The position numbers were made by a program, and so were the translations under genes. A stretch of 64,000 nt of DNA from Zygnema circumcarinatum SAG 698-1b (taxonomy: Eukaryota; Plantae; Zygnematophyceae), in assembly GCA_037447605.1 (NCBI GenBank), contig CM074815.1:248001-312000 (forward strand), in the 5' to 3' direction. The notes under the pieces were generated by a model. It was not told the DNA's origin. It was given only the letters and a program-made list of their open reading frames with translations, and made no database searches. Shown here one piece after another: positions 63,119 through 64,000 of this stretch. How positions within the stretch are numbered: the first letter of the stretch is position 1; each line of letters starts with the position of its first letter.

Positions 63119-63906
63119 ATTGCTGCATTTGCCCGCCTGAAAAGAAAAAAAAAAAAAGAAAAAAAAAGGGGGGGGGAGAAGAGAAAATGGTGCTTTATTC
63201 CCACTTTTCTTTTAAGGCCTACTGAGCATACTCCGCTCTGTATGCTTTCATTGTCTTTCCCTGCACATAAGAATGTGAGAGAGAGGGGAAGGAGTGGGAG
63301 GGAGGGAGGGAGGGAGGGAGGGAGGGAGGGTTTGGGAGGGAGGGAGGGAGGGAGGGAGGGAGGAGGGTTTGGGAGGGAGGGAGGAGGGAGGGAGGGAGGG
63401 AGGGTTTGGGAGGGAGGGAGGGAGGGAGGGAGTGAGGGTTTGGGAGGGAGGGAGGGAGGGGAGGGAGGGAGGGAGGGAGGGAGGAGGGAGGGAGGGAGGG
63501 AGGGAGGGAGGGAGGGAGGGTTTGGGAGGAGGGAGGGAGGAGGGAGGAGGGTTTGGGAGGGAGGAGGGAGGAGGGAGTGAGAGTTTGGGAGGGAGGGAGG
63601 GAGGGAGGGAGGGAGGGAGGGAGGGAGGGAGGGAGGGAGTGAGGGTTTCGGAGGGAGGGAGGGAGGGAGGGCGGGAGGGAGGGAGTGAGAGTTTGGGAGG
63701 GAGGGAGGGAGGCAGGGAGGGAGGCAGGGAGGGAGGGAGGGAGGGAGGGAATGAGGGAGAGAGAGAGAGAGAGAGAGAGACACAGTGAGAGGGAGAGAGA
63801 GAGAGAGAGGCCGCGTCTGTTCACACCTGATAGAAGGCCCAGAAGCTTCTCGGTCGGAGCCCCGCCAATTTCCGCAGTAGAGGAAGAGCCTCATCCCAAC
63901 GCTCCT
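62007..63906 (-). CDS. Unidentified multi-exon gene with TPR-like helical segments; incomplete, starts beyond the right edge, 3' end not resolved
   Basis: Candidate exons 63906-63827 ([27 protein letters not shown]), 63136-63029, 62894-62838, 62622-62503 and 62046-62007. The middle three join in phase 0 to give [45 protein letters not shown]..., which resembles a TPR (A..L.RAIELAP.W...Y..LA..L...GR..E). The small exon near 63225-63263 has an unresolved frame. Confidence 0.45.
63290..63800. repeat. (GGAG)n/GA-rich intronic purine tract with periodic GGGTTTGGGAG units
   Basis: Low-complexity G/A run with recurring gggtttggga insertions. Confidence 0.85.
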
Positions 63907-63969
63907 CTGCGGTTCCATGTGGGAAATAAAATCCGTTCAGTTCAACGTTTCCATGCCCAAACTACCATC

Positions 63970-64000
63970 AAAACCCAAAACCCAAAACCCAAAACCCAAA
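63970..64000. repeat. (AAAACCC)n telomere-like 7-mer run at the window edge
   Basis: aaaacccaaaacccaaaacccaaaacccaaa, four units, truncated by the end of the window. Confidence 0.6.

Overview
Eukaryotic nuclear DNA from an intron-rich green plant lineage. I infer a streptophyte alga, plausibly a zygnematophyte, from the plant-type genes, the GA/CT-microsatellite-laden introns and the AAACCCT-type repeats. It is a scaffold segment with seven N gaps. Genes built by hand from splice sites and conserved motifs: the N-terminal half of a plant SEN1/senataxin-type helicase (-, runs off the left end), plastid ribosomal protein L29 (+), NatC acetyltransferase NAA30/MAK3 (-), a decayed paralogous fragment of the receptor kinase (-), 16S rRNA methyltransferase RsmG/GidB (-, cut by a gap), a CHP01589/A_thal_3526-family protein (-), plastid 2-Cys peroxiredoxin (-), a roughly 21-exon LRR receptor-like kinase (+), an intronless GONST3/4-type nucleotide-sugar transporter (+), NADPH-thioredoxin reductase C (-), and an unidentified TPR-like gene (-, runs off the right end). 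The main finding is a small TG...CA element family with two copies (16433-16562 and 41063-41557). Both have 5-bp target-site duplications, near-identical terminal motifs, a terminal hairpin and an antisense tRNA-like core. Both also carry a GT at positions 2-3 and an AG 12 nt from the end, so splicing would leave an 18-nt, frame-preserving, stop-free footprint. One copy sits in the kinase activation segment (GYMD|PEY) of the LRR-RLK and could behave as a self-made intron. Also noted: two long-TIR DNA elements with 8-bp TSDs, dense CGTAC clusters upstream of genes, physical linkage of NTRC with its substrate 2-Cys Prx, and several probable assembly or consensus artefacts (two gap-flanked tandem duplications and indel-riddled NTRC exons). 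No computation or database search was run; homology calls come from motif recognition and recall.
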